From NCBI GenBank assembly GCA_963744145.1, contig CAVUSO010000001.1, positions 1,056,001 to 1,120,000 on the forward strand: DNA of 64,000 nt, in the 5' to 3' direction. Positions within the stretch are counted from its first letter, which is position 1. The number at the start of each line of letters is the position of its first letter. Source of the DNA: an uncultured cyanobacterium (lineage in GTDB: Bacteria; Cyanobacteriota; Cyanobacteriia; Cyanobacteriales; CAWUOF01). The notes under the pieces were generated by a model, which worked only from the letters and a program-made list of their open reading frames with translations, was not told the origin of the DNA and searched no databases. The translations under genes were made by a program, and so were the position numbers. Shown piece after piece: positions 37,246-47,420 of the stretch.

Positions 37246-39186
37246 CTAATCTAATTCAAATTCCTGCTGCCAAGCATCATCGCGTTGCCAAGGAATTTGT
37301 TCGGTTTTGGCTAGTAAGAAATTTTCTAAAACTAGATAATCCATCTCTGTCCGCATAAAACAACGGTACGCATCTTCGGGAGTGCAAACAATAGGTTCTC
37401 CTCGCACATTAAAAGAAGTATTCACTAACACTGCACATCCGGTTTGTTTTTCAAAATGCGAGATTAAATCATAGTAACGAGGATTAGTTTCTTGATGAAC
37501 TGTTTGAATCCGAGCTGAATAATCCACATGGGTGATCGCCGGAATTTGCGATCGCGGTATATTCAACTTATCAATCCCAAATAGTTCTTGTTGTTCAGTT
37601 GTCATGGGGATGCGTAAATTTTCTCGCACCGCAGCCACTAATAACATATAAGGACTCGGACTATCTATTTCAAAGTAATCTGACACTCGTTCGGCTAAAA
37701 CTGATGGTGCAAAGGGTCGAAAAGACTCGCGATATTTAATTTTCAAATTCATCACGGATTGCATTTTAGTATTCCGTGGATCTCCGATAATCGATCGCCC
37801 ACCTAAAGCTCTTGGGCCAAATTCCATGCGTCCTTGAAACCAGCCAACCACATTCCCATCTGCCAAAATTTCTGCTAAACGAGGCATTAAGACATCATCT
37901 GACAAATGCTGATAATTGGCTTTAACTCCATCTAAATATGTTAAAATTTCTGCATCGCTAAAACGCGGTCCTAAATAAGCCCCCCGCATCGCATCTAAAT
38001 TTTTAGCTTTAACTTTCGTACTTTGCACAGTTCCCACACCAGAAAAATTGTCAGAACTAGCGTTTAATTCATCTGCTAAAACTGATTCAGTCGATAACAA
38101 GCTATCTACATTACGAGGTTGTTCACTGTATTGATACCAAGCTGCTAAAGCCGCTCCTAAAGCACCTCCTGCGTCTCCTGCTGCGGGTTGAATCCAAATA
38201 TCTTTAAATGGTCCTTCTCGCAGAATGCGCCCATTAGCTACACAATTTAAGGCTACACCCCCAGCTAAACATAAATAGTCTGCGGCTAATTCTTTTTGTA
38301 CGGTTCGGCTCAGACGAAGAACTACTTCTTCTGTTACTACTTGAATTGATGCTGCTAAATCCATTTCCCGTTGAGTCAGTTTACCTTCTGCTGGACGTGG
38401 CGGTCCGTTAAACAATTCATTAAACTTTTGATTGGTCATGGTTAAACCAATTGTATAGTTAAAGTAATCCATGTTCAGTCGGAAAGTACCATCATCCTTT
38501 AAGTCAAGCAAGTGAGTGAGGATTTTGTCCACATACTTGGGTTCACCATAAGGTGCCAAACCCATGAGTTTGTATTCGCCAGAGTTGACCTTAAATCCGG
38601 TATAGTAAGTAAAGGCAGAGTACAATAAACCAAGGGAGTGGGGAAAGTCTATTTCCCATTGGGGTTTGAGTTGATTCCCATCACCCAGCCAAATTGATGT
38701 AGTTGCCCACTCTCCGACCCCATCCAAACACATAACTGCGGCTGTTTGGAAAGGACTAGGAAAAAAAGCACTCGCTGCATGAGCTTGGTGGTGTTCGGTA
38801 AAGAGCAGGGAGGGAAGTAGAGCGGTTTTGCATTTCCCCAAAGCTGCTAATTCTTTTTTGAGTAGACTTTTGAGGTAGAGTTTTTCTTTCAGCCAAACGG
38901 GCATAGCAGCTAAAAATGAGGAAAAACCTGCTGGAGCATAGGAAATGTAAGTTTCTAGTAGTCGCTCGAATTTAACTAGGGGTTTATCGTAAAAAACGAT
39001 TTGATCTAGTTCCCGCAGTTCGATTTTTGCTTGTTGGAGACAATAAGCGATCGCATTTTGTGGAAATCTCGCATCGTGTTTCTTCCGGGAAAATCTTTCT
39101 TCCTGGGCTGCTGCGACTATTTCTCCGTTACAAACTAAAGCCGCTGCGCTGTCATGATAATACGCCGAAATGCCGAGTATATTCAT
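37246..39186 (-). CDS. NodU/CmcH-family O-carbamoyltransferase (SxtI-like)
   Basis: GISAYYHDSAAAL, AQEERFSRKKHD, EHHQAHAASAF, GEYKLMGLAPYG, AGGVALNC, EFGPRALG, RESFRPFAP, NTSFNVRGEP. Confidence 0.95.
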   Translation of the reverse strand: MNILGISAYYHDSAAALVCNGEIVAAAQEERFSRKKHDARFPQNAIAYCLQQAKIELRELDQIVFYDKPLVKFERLLETYISYAPAGFSSFLAAMPVWLKEKLYLKSLLKKELAALGKCKTALLPSLLFTEHHQAHAASAFFPSPFQTAAVMCLDGVGEWATTSIWLGDGNQLKPQWEIDFPHSLGLLYSAFTYYTGFKVNSGEYKLMGLAPYGEPKYVDKILTHLLDLKDDGTFRLNMDYFNYTIGLTMTNQKFNELFNGPPRPAEGKLTQREMDLAASIQVVTEEVVLRLSRTVQKELAADYLCLAGGVALNCVANGRILREGPFKDIWIQPAAGDAGGALGAALAAWYQYSEQPRNVDSLLSTESVLADELNASSDNFSGVGTVQSTKVKAKNLDAMRGAYLGPRFSDAEILTYLDGVKANYQHLSDDVLMPRLAEILADGNVVGWFQGRMEFGPRALGGRSIIGDPRNTKMQSVMNLKIKYRESFRPFAPSVLAERVSDYFEIDSPSPYMLLVAAVRENLRIPMTTEQQELFGIDKLNIPRSQIPAITHVDYSARIQTVHQETNPRYYDLISHFEKQTGCAVLVNTSFNVRGEPIVCTPEDAYRCFMRTEMDYLVLENFLLAKTEQIPWQRDDAWQQEFELD

Positions 39187-39422
39187 TCTCTCCTCACCAC
39201 TATTCCTGCCTTGGGCTTTTGACGATTTAGTAGATTGACATATTTTTTTTAAAGAAGTTACTGATTATATCCTAATTTTTGAAAATTGAATGGGATTAGC
39301 AATTTCTCATTTATCTGAGAAAATGCGGGTTGGTAGGAAAAATTCTTGGTTACCGATAAAGTCAGCGATCGAAATCCAGTCTTGCTAAAATTAACTACTG
39401 TTAATGAATTTGAGAAAAACCG

Positions 39423-39878
39423 ATGTGGGGAAGTGCGATCGCAGCTTATTTACATTATTTGGGCTTCATGCTAGCGTTTGGAGCTTTAACTATTGAACAT
39501 CTAACTCTGAAAAAAGATCTCAATGTGACCGAAGCCTGGAGAATTGTAATCGCAGATGCTATTTATGGTCTGTCCGCGGTGATGATTCTGATTACTGGAG
39601 TTTTGCGAGTAATGTACTTTGGTAAAGGAACTGATTATTATCTTAGTAATCCAGTTTTTTATATTAAGGTCGGGCTTTTCATTCTTGTGAGTTTGTTGTC
39701 TCTCTATCCCACCTTTTCCTTTGTGTCCTGGGTGAAGAATTTGCAGGATAGCCAAAGTCCCGAGCTGGAATCACCCCAATTAAAGCGACTCACCTGGTTA
39801 ATCAGAGGAGAGTTGCTTGGGTTAGCACTGATTCCTCTGTTTGCTGCGGTTTTAGCAAGGGGAATTCAGATTTTTTAA
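39423..39878 (+). CDS. DUF2214 membrane protein
   Basis: AYLHYL, DAIYG, TGVLRV..FGKG..YY, SLYPT, IPLFAAVLARG. Confidence 0.85.
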   Translation: MWGSAIAAYLHYLGFMLAFGALTIEHLTLKKDLNVTEAWRIVIADAIYGLSAVMILITGVLRVMYFGKGTDYYLSNPVFYIKVGLFILVSLLSLYPTFSFVSWVKNLQDSQSPELESPQLKRLTWLIRGELLGLALIPLFAAVLARGIQIF

Positions 39879-39950
39879 CGGCTCAAGTCAGATTTTCAGA
39901 AATACGCTAGCTTAGTTAAATATACTATTCAGGTTGAAGGAGAGTATGTT

Positions 39951-40133
39951 ATGTTTCCATTTTGGCTAAATTCATCTTGTCATTCGGGAGAGACGAACTA
40001 CAAATCCCATCGGCAAAATAAATTACAGTTTTTGAAGTGGATGCGAGATAGTCTGGAAACTCGGTTAGCTGCTGTCAATGCGGCGATCGCAACAATAGAA
40101 AGACAAATTAATGAACAAAATCCTTCTAGCTGA
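39951..40133 (+). CDS. Small hypothetical coiled-coil protein
   Basis: GGAG RBS upstream; KLQFLKWMRDSLETRLAAVNAAIATIERQ. Confidence 0.65.
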   Translation: MFPFWLNSSCHSGETNYKSHRQNKLQFLKWMRDSLETRLAAVNAAIATIERQINEQNPSS

Positions 40134-40173
40134 ATTATCTCGAGTAATTCTTGGCTAATTACCAAATAGCTTC

Positions 40174-40256
40174 CCTGACACTGCCGATCGCGGTGTCAGG
40201 CTCCCACAAAAAAAATAAACTCACTCATCTGTAATATATAGGTGTGGGTGAGTTTG
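40174..40256. terminator. Two hairpins between convergent genes (probable terminators)
   Basis: CCTGACAC...GTGTCAGG and AAACTCAC...GTGAGTTT. Confidence 0.5.
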
Positions 40257-40283
40257 GTCTATATTTTCCTCAGATCAGAGGAA

Positions 40284-40640
40284 CTAATTCTGATTCGGAG
40301 TTGATTGATTTTTCAGACTTAAATACTGAAGTCCCCATTGGTGCATAGAATCGAGGACTGGTTTAAGCGTTTCTCCTACAGGTGTAAGAGAATATTCAAC
40401 TTTAGGAGGAACTTGTAAATAGACCTGACGGTAAATAATACCTTCCTGTTCCATTTCTCGGAGTTGTTGTGTCAGCATTTTTTGGGTAATTCCATGTAAA
40501 GCTCGGTGTAATTCCCCAAATCTTTTGACTCCCACAAATAACTCTCGTAAAATTAAAACCTTCCAACGTCCTCCAATCACTTTTAAAGTTGTTTCTACTG
40601 AACAGGTTAAGCGTTCATCATGGTCAGGAGCAGGTTCCAT
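40284..40640 (-). CDS. HxlR/DUF24-family winged-helix regulator
   Basis: CSVETTLKVIGGRWKVLIL, KRFGEL, ITQKMLTQQLRE, VPPKVEYSLT. Confidence 0.95.
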   Translation of the reverse strand: MEPAPDHDERLTCSVETTLKVIGGRWKVLILRELFVGVKRFGELHRALHGITQKMLTQQLREMEQEGIIYRQVYLQVPPKVEYSLTPVGETLKPVLDSMHQWGLQYLSLKNQSTPNQN

Positions 40641-40680
40641 AGTATCTTTTTAGTTAGTATCGTACTTTTAAGTGCATACT
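40641..40680. promoter_or_regulatory. Possible HxlR-family operator between the divergent regulator and pirin
   Basis: Imperfect palindromes GTATCTTTTTAGTTAG and GTACTTTTAAGTGC directly before the regulator start. Confidence 0.3.
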
Positions 40681-40764
40681 TTCCATTTTAGCTGGTTATG
40701 GGTTAAAGTTTACCTAGTAGAAAAAAATTCAATCTGCAAAATCTAGCGGAGATGAGGACTAAAA

Positions 40765-41484
40765 ATGATTACAGTACGAAAATCAGAAGAACGTGGATCT
40801 GCTAATCACGGTTGGCTTAATTCTAATCATACCTTTTCTTTTGCTAATTATTATGATCCTAAATATATGGGATTTCACCAACTCCGGGTTATTAACGAAG
40901 ATCGGGTAAAAGCTAGTAAAGGATTTGCTCCCCATTCCCATCAAGATATGGAAATAATCTCCTATGTACTATCAGGATCTTTAGAGCATAAAGATAGTAT
41001 GGGAAATACTTCAATTATTTATCCAGGGGAAGTGCAGATTATGGGTGCAGGAACTGGAGTCACCCATAGTGAATATAATCATTCCCAAACTGAAGATGTT
41101 CATTTTTTGCAAATCTGGATCTTACCAAATCAAAAAAATTTACCTCCTCGATATGAACAAAAAAAATATTCCCAAGCAGAAAAACAAGATAAATTATGTC
41201 TGATTGTTTCTCCTGATGGTCGGGATGGTTCTGTCACGATTCATCAAGATGTAAACATCTATGCTACCTTATTGGAATCTGGAACTAAAATAGAATATCC
41301 CCTTCCAGCAAATCATCATGTTTGGGTGCAAATTATCCAAGGAGAAATTCTGCTCAATGATCATCTACTTGGAACTGGAGATGCGATCGCGGTTAGTGCA
41401 GAAGACCAGGTAAAAATTGCTGCTCATCAACCGACTGAATTGCTCTTATTTGATTTAGCTGAAGTAGGAAGTTCTCCAGCTTAA
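40765..41484 (+). CDS. Pirin family protein
   Basis: HGWLNSNHTFSFA, LRVINED, HSHQDMEIISYV, HSEYN, FLQIWI. Confidence 0.95.
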   Translation: MITVRKSEERGSANHGWLNSNHTFSFANYYDPKYMGFHQLRVINEDRVKASKGFAPHSHQDMEIISYVLSGSLEHKDSMGNTSIIYPGEVQIMGAGTGVTHSEYNHSQTEDVHFLQIWILPNQKNLPPRYEQKKYSQAEKQDKLCLIVSPDGRDGSVTIHQDVNIYATLLESGTKIEYPLPANHHVWVQIIQGEILLNDHLLGTGDAIAVSAEDQVKIAAHQPTELLLFDLAEVGSSPA

Positions 41485-41813
41485 CTTGGACCTGATTTAT
41501 GGTAGAGAGCTGATTGATAAAGAATTTTTTCTTGATGAGTTTCGATCGTACAGTCAGATAAGGGATAGCTGACACAAGTAACGATATAACCAGCTTCCAT
41601 TTCTGACTTACTCAGAAACTTTTGTTCTTTTTGATTAATGCTACCACTCACTAGTTTAGCCACACAAGCAGAACATTCTCCTTGTTTACATCCAGATGGT
41701 AAACGGATACCAGAGTCTTCAGCTAGATCTAAAATATACTGATCCCCTGGGACTGAGATGATTCGATCAAGTGCGATCGCGGGATTAACTAGACGAACTT
41801 GATAAACTGACAT
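41481..41813 (-). CDS. Plant-type 2Fe-2S ferredoxin
   Basis: LPSGCKQGECSAC...VTCVSYPLSDC. Confidence 0.92.
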   Translation of the reverse strand: MSVYQVRLVNPAIALDRIISVPGDQYILDLAEDSGIRLPSGCKQGECSACVAKLVSGSINQKEQKFLSKSEMEAGYIVTCVSYPLSDCTIETHQEKILYQSALYHKSGPS

Positions 41814-41833
41814 ATTTTAATTCCTACATGAGA

Positions 41834-41862
41834 GCAGAGACGTTCCACCGGAACGTCTCTAC
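41834..41862. repeat. REP-like palindrome GCAGAGACGTTCCACCGGAACGTCTCTAC
   Basis: Near-perfect inverted repeat of the GTAG family. Confidence 0.7.
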
Positions 41863-42298
41863 GATATACCAAAATATCCTTGATATCGATCGCTACTATT
41901 AAAAGACTATCAATTGCTTGGCTGGAACAAAAGTGATTTCGATCACACCTAAACCCAGATCCAATCACTATTAATAGCTGGGAAGATCACAATTTAACTG
42001 AGATTAACATCACAGACTAACCAGCAAAATTAGATGATGATCTTTATAAGATATAAGTTCAAAATAATTGTTTACTCCACAAAGTAGCGGAACTTAATAT
42101 TTATTGAAGATGGGTCAAGCGATCGCATTAACTCGCTACTAAATGTGATCGCTTTTTTATTAAACCAATTGGTAACCCAAATTAAATCTAAATCTCGACC
42201 TAATCGCGAGATAGATTGTAAGAATATCACCGTGGATCTACTAATCTCATTACTTAAAAATCAGGGGATACTAGAGATGTCGAGTTCAGGATTAAGTC

Positions 42299-42514
42299 AT
42301 GGTTCAAATCAAGCTTCTTCCCGGTGCCATTAACGAAATTGTTGCTAATGTCACCGATACCCAGAAAATTACCCAAGCTGACCGTTATGGACTCATGGCT
42401 GCAATTCTGGATGAGTCTATTACTGAAGATGAACGGAGATCAGTCGATCGCCTAATCCGTCTTCTGGTTAAAGGTCGTATTCAAGTTACTAATGAAATCT
42501 CAATGATGCTATAA
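42299..42514 (+). CDS. Small conserved cyanobacterial hypothetical protein
   Basis: LLPGAINEI...ITQADRYGLMAAIL...EDERRSVDRL...GRIQV. Confidence 0.75.
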   Translation: MVQIKLLPGAINEIVANVTDTQKITQADRYGLMAAILDESITEDERRSVDRLIRLLVKGRIQVTNEISMML

Positions 42515-42616
42515 CTGGGAGGCAATATTGTCAATCATGAAACAATATTACCCCCTAGAGTATCATTCTAATCCTGCCATTTCCCGGTCAGTTTGATGAA
42601 GGTAAATATCTCTGAC

Positions 42617-44044
42617 CTAATCCTGAAAATGTTTGATAATCGCTTGAGCAAATTCAGAACATTTGAGCGGTGGTTTGACAGGAGGTTCCATCAATCGTGC
42701 TAAATCATAGGTAACTTCACGATGAGAAATCGCTGCGGCAAGACCCTTTTTAATTAAGTCGGCTGCTTCTTGCCAACCCATGTATTCTAGCATCATTACC
42801 CCGGACAAAATTAAAGAACCTGGGTTGACCCGATCTAAACCAGCGTGTTTAGGAGCTGTACCATGAGTAGCTTCAAAAATTGCACATTCATCACCGATAT
42901 TAGCACCTGGACCCATACCTAATCCACCGACGATCGCAGCAGCAGCATCGGATAGATAATCTCCATTCAAATTCATCGTTGCTAAAATCGAATATTCACC
43001 TGGTCGAGTTTGAATTTGTTGGAAAATACTGTCAGCAATCCGATCATTGACCATGATCTTCTTTTTCCAAACCCCGTTACCGTGAGTTTCCCAGATTGCG
43101 TTCAGAACTGTTTCTACTTCTTGACAAATCTCGGCTTTTTTCTCGGTTGTTAAAGCATCGTAACCAGGCTCAATTTCACGAGCATTTTCTTCTAAGGTAA
43201 TATCTGGTTTACCTTCTTTATTCCCCAGAATCCATGATTCTCGTTCAGTAATACACTCAGCCCTAAATTCGGTAGTCGCTAATTCGTAACCCCAATCCCG
43301 GAAAGCGCCTTCGGTATATTTCATAATATTACCCTTATGTACCAAAGTCACACTTTGCTTAGATGGGGGTAAACGCAAAGCGTGTTTAATTGCACGACGA
43401 ACTAGACGCTGAGAACCAAATTTGCTAATGGGTTTAATCCCGATCCCAGAATCAAGACGGATTTGCTTTTTACCATGTTCTGGAGTTATGGGAATTAATT
43501 TCTGATTGAGAAACTCAATCAGTTGATTACAAGCATCAGTACCTTCTTTCCACTCAATTCCCAGATAGATATCTTCGGTATTTTCCCGATAGATGATGAC
43601 ATCTAATTGCTCTGGGGTTTTGTGGGGTGAGGGAGTACCCGCATAATATTTGCAGGGACGAACACAGCTATAGAGATCATTGATCTGTCGTAGGGCTACA
43701 TTTAAAGAACGAATCCCACCACCGATCGGCGTAGTTAATGGACCTTTAATCGCGACCCCATATTCTTTAATCGCGGTGAGAGTATCTTGGGGTAAATATT
43801 GGTAAGTGCCATATTTTTCGCAGGCTTCATCCCCAGCATAAACTTTGAACCAAGATATTTCTCGTTTGCCATCATAAGCTGTTTTAACTGCGGCATCAAT
43901 CACTGCTTGGGACGCGGGCCAAAGATCTACCCCTGTTCCATCTCCACGAATAAAGGGAATGATCGGATTGTCGGGAACAATCGGTTCACCGTTTTGGAAA
44001 GTAATGCGATCGCCTTTAGTGGGACTGGTAATCTTGTCGTACAT
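42617..44044 (-). CDS. icd: NADP-dependent isocitrate dehydrogenase
   Basis: [53 protein letters not shown]. Confidence 0.98.
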   Translation of the reverse strand: MYDKITSPTKGDRITFQNGEPIVPDNPIIPFIRGDGTGVDLWPASQAVIDAAVKTAYDGKREISWFKVYAGDEACEKYGTYQYLPQDTLTAIKEYGVAIKGPLTTPIGGGIRSLNVALRQINDLYSCVRPCKYYAGTPSPHKTPEQLDVIIYRENTEDIYLGIEWKEGTDACNQLIEFLNQKLIPITPEHGKKQIRLDSGIGIKPISKFGSQRLVRRAIKHALRLPPSKQSVTLVHKGNIMKYTEGAFRDWGYELATTEFRAECITERESWILGNKEGKPDITLEENAREIEPGYDALTTEKKAEICQEVETVLNAIWETHGNGVWKKKIMVNDRIADSIFQQIQTRPGEYSILATMNLNGDYLSDAAAAIVGGLGMGPGANIGDECAIFEATHGTAPKHAGLDRVNPGSLILSGVMMLEYMGWQEAADLIKKGLAAAISHREVTYDLARLMEPPVKPPLKCSEFAQAIIKHFQD

Positions 44045-44173
44045 ATTGTCCTCTGTTTGAATCTCAGGTTAGCTCACCTAACCTTCTTTGGCAGGCTACC
44101 AGATTATTTCTCGTGACTATGTTTGAATTAAACTTTTTTACAGAAGATGATTGTGGGATAATGTACAGCCAAA

Positions 44174-45097
44174 TTACTTGCCGGCAAACATCGCTTGTTG
44201 TCCTTCCGGGGAAGTTGCATAAGCAGTAAAAGCTTGGGCTCCTGGATTGGGAGGATTTTTATAGGCATAAAATAGTTGTCTTTGATAGGGGTAATTCCCA
44301 GTTCCTGGTGCAATTCCATCGATCGGGATGACTCGGACAGTTTTCTGATTTGCTACTTGAGCATAGGTAGCATACCCAATCCCATTATTGCCCAGAGCCC
44401 GGATTAAACCAGTAGTTTCATCATTTGGTAAGGTCTGAATATTGGTGCCAAAAGCAGCACCCTTAAGAACTAGTTCTTTAAATGCTTGATGGGTTCCACT
44501 AATAGCTGGACGATTAATTACTTGAATCGGTGCTGCTGGACCACCAATGGCTGACCAATTATTAATTTTTCCTTGAAAAATATCTGCGATTTGAGCATTA
44601 GTTAAACCACCAGTAAAAGGGTTTTCCTTTCCGACTACTACAGCGATTTGGTCAAGCGCGATCGGTACTGCTACTAAACCTTGACTTTGTTCTTGTGCTG
44701 TCAAAGGTCGAGATATAGCTGCTAAATCTATTTCACCAGCTAAAAGACTCTGAATACCTTTATCAGAACCAACCGCATTATTAATTACCTTAGTCCCGGG
44801 AAATTTTTGCTGAAAGCCTTGTTTAAGGTTTTCATTAATTGTCACCATACTGGTAGAACCATTAATCTTCACCGTTGTCCCAGTCGGAACTGATTTGGGT
44901 GCAGCTAGTCCTACTATCGGTGCTGATGGTACTGATGTATTATTAGCAGGTGAAGTTGCTGGACTTGTACCTGGTGCTGTCGCTGTTGTAGGTGGAGCTG
45001 CTGGTTTGTTCATAAAAAAGAACCAGTAACCAGCAGCACCGAGGATCAGCAAGATCAAGATAAAAACAATGGGAGGAGGACCGCTTTTTTCAGACAT
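44174..45097 (-). CDS. PstS-family phosphate-binding periplasmic protein with N-terminal TM anchor
   Basis: INGSTSM, GSDKGI, AAISRPL, INRPAISGT, YPYQRQLFY. Confidence 0.88.
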   Translation of the reverse strand: MSEKSGPPPIVFILILLILGAAGYWFFFMNKPAAPPTTATAPGTSPATSPANNTSVPSAPIVGLAAPKSVPTGTTVKINGSTSMVTINENLKQGFQQKFPGTKVINNAVGSDKGIQSLLAGEIDLAAISRPLTAQEQSQGLVAVPIALDQIAVVVGKENPFTGGLTNAQIADIFQGKINNWSAIGGPAAPIQVINRPAISGTHQAFKELVLKGAAFGTNIQTLPNDETTGLIRALGNNGIGYATYAQVANQKTVRVIPIDGIAPGTGNYPYQRQLFYAYKNPPNPGAQAFTAYATSPEGQQAMFAGK

Positions 45098-45119
45098 AAA
45101 ATTGTACTTTCTTGGTAAT

Positions 45120-45821
45120 TTAGTTATTTTTAGAATCTTCCAACATTTTGAGACGACGAGAAATTTCATCATCGATCGTCATTTTTTCCAGATCAGCTTG
45201 CAACTTTTCGGTTGGATTTTCCGAAAGTTCAGCTAAAGAACTTTGTTGTAAATTGCGACGTTCTACCGCATTTTTAGCTGCTTCAAACTGAGATTTAGCT
45301 GAACCGATATCAAATTCGTTGTTAACTTTAGCAATTAGCCCAAGTGCCTCATTCACTTCTGACAAATCTTTCATATTCTGCATATCGGTTTTGTAGCTTT
45401 CCAATTTTAGCCTTTCCCGATTCAGTTTTTCTTTAGCCGCGGTCACTGCTTTTTCAGCTTGTTTGACCATTTCATCCAATTGGGGCAAAATTTGCTCCGT
45501 TTGAATTACTTTTGTCATTGCCATTCTTGCTGCTTCTTCATGACCAGCACTTTGAGCTATTAGTGCTTGTTGCTCGAAGGTTTGCAATTCTTTTACTTTT
45601 GATTCATATTTTTGCTTTGCCCGTTTATATGCACCATCTTGAGTTGCAACTGCGGTGGCTAATTTTTGGACTGACTCTTGCATCGCGTGTAAGGATTCTT
45701 CCGCTACTGCTACAGCCACTTTACCACCTTGCTCGACGGGCATTCCCCAGAGCCAATTCCACACACCAACAATGGTACGACCAGCTTTGTCTCCCATGAT
45801 CCAGTAAATAAATTTTTTCAT
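45120..45821 (-). CDS. PspA/IM30 family protein
   Basis: Long coiled coil; GHEEAARMAM, DDEISRRL. Confidence 0.85.
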   Translation of the reverse strand: MKKFIYWIMGDKAGRTIVGVWNWLWGMPVEQGGKVAVAVAEESLHAMQESVQKLATAVATQDGAYKRAKQKYESKVKELQTFEQQALIAQSAGHEEAARMAMTKVIQTEQILPQLDEMVKQAEKAVTAAKEKLNRERLKLESYKTDMQNMKDLSEVNEALGLIAKVNNEFDIGSAKSQFEAAKNAVERRNLQQSSLAELSENPTEKLQADLEKMTIDDEISRRLKMLEDSKNN

Positions 45822-46130
45822 CTGACTATTTTTCTCCTTGGGACTGTTTATTTAAACTTTTGTCTTTGGCTCCCATGGGCGAAGATTGACTTTTAAAAAT
45901 TACAATTAAATCTATTTTAGTTTAGTAGATTAAGTCAACTTTTCCGCTAAAATTATAATATTAGATTAAGATTATATTAAAGCAAAGTTATAAATATTAA
46001 TCTAGTCCACCTCGAATGATCAACTCAGTGGTAAATAGTTGGGTTAAAGCCCAAAAAGGCGATCGCATCAATTGACCGAATTATAGCTCCTCTGGATGAC
46101 AGAATCAATCTTGGTTAAAAAATCAGGTAT

Positions 46131-47411
46131 TTACGAGTATACGGTCGCACTATTATGGATCATTTTTTCCAATCCAACTTGGAGCGGTAGTGCAATTAAG
46201 AATTCTGTACCTTGACCGGGCTGAGAATAACATTGGAGATGACCACCATGTTGTTGAACTACAATTTGATAACTAATCGCTAATCCCAATCCTGTCCCTT
46301 TACCAACGGGTTTAGTGGTAAAGAAAGGATCAAAAATTTGAGATCGAATAGATTCTTTAATCCCAACCCCATTATCGATAATTTTGATCACTACTTGATT
46401 TTCTACGATTTTGGTATCGATCGTAATTACACCTAATCGAGATAACTGATTGGCTTCGATCGCATCAATAGCATTATTTAAAATCGACAAAAATACCTGA
46501 TTTAATTCGCGAGCATAACATTCAACTAAAGGTAAATTTCCATAATTTTTCACTACAGTAATTTTCTGGTCAGAGTCAAGTTTCAACCGATGCTGTACTG
46601 TCACCAAGGTACTATCAATACCTTCATGGATGTCAACCAGCTTAATCTCAGCTTCATCTAAACGGGAAAAATTGCGGAGAGAAATAACTGTTTGACGAAT
46701 GCGATCGGCTCCAGTTTTCATAGAATGAAATAATTTTGGTAAATCCTGGGCTAAAAAATCCAATTCTAATTCTGCTAATTTTTCCTTAATCTGTAAACTA
46801 GGATGGGGATATTCTTGTTGATAAAGCAGCAGGATTTCCAACATTTGTTGAGTGTAAAATTGAGTATGAGTTAAATTACTATAAATAAACGTAATCGGAT
46901 TATTAAATTCATGGGCAATTCCGGCGACCATTTGGCTTAAACTGGTCATTTTTTCATTTTGCACTAATCGAGATTGTGCTAATTTTAATTGTTCCATGGT
47001 TTGATTTAAATACAAATTAGAATACTGTAAAGCTTTACTCAGACTTTGCAACCGTAAACCCGCACGGACTCGAGCTAGGAATTCTTGCAATTCAATTGGT
47101 TTAGCTAAAAAATCATCGGCACCAGCATCTAATCCGTTCACTCGGTCATTAATTTGTTCTTTAGCTGTTACCAAAATAAAAAAGATCCCAGCTAAATCTA
47201 GGTCAGATTTCAAATATTGACAGAGAGTTAACCCATCCATTTTTGGCATCATCCAATCGCAAATAATTAAATCTGGTCTGGTCTGGTGGATGGTCAATAA
47301 ACCCTCTTCCCCATCAGCCGCAGTAATCACTTCATGACCTTCATTAGATAAGGCATTTTCCAAAACCAACTGGGTGGTAATATCGTCATCAATCACAATA
47401 ATTTTAGCCAT
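46131..47411 (-). CDS. Hybrid REC - histidine kinase
   Basis: IDDD, CDWMMP, AGIAHEFNNP, NQVFLSILNNAID, DNGVG, FFTTKPVGKGTGLGL. Confidence 0.95.
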   Translation of the reverse strand: MAKIIVIDDDITTQLVLENALSNEGHEVITAADGEEGLLTIHQTRPDLIICDWMMPKMDGLTLCQYLKSDLDLAGIFFILVTAKEQINDRVNGLDAGADDFLAKPIELQEFLARVRAGLRLQSLSKALQYSNLYLNQTMEQLKLAQSRLVQNEKMTSLSQMVAGIAHEFNNPITFIYSNLTHTQFYTQQMLEILLLYQQEYPHPSLQIKEKLAELELDFLAQDLPKLFHSMKTGADRIRQTVISLRNFSRLDEAEIKLVDIHEGIDSTLVTVQHRLKLDSDQKITVVKNYGNLPLVECYARELNQVFLSILNNAIDAIEANQLSRLGVITIDTKIVENQVVIKIIDNGVGIKESIRSQIFDPFFTTKPVGKGTGLGLAISYQIVVQQHGGHLQCYSQPGQGTEFLIALPLQVGLEKMIHNSATVYS

Positions 47412-47420
47412 AGGTTTGGT

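Noticed and set aside
36634..39186. Evidence of saxitoxin production
   Set aside because: Core sxt genes are absent from the window and the triplet is not diagnostic
44153..44166. NtcA-like site upstream of icd (GTA-N8-CAC)
   Set aside because: Imperfect consensus and no clean TAN3T -10 box at the expected spacing
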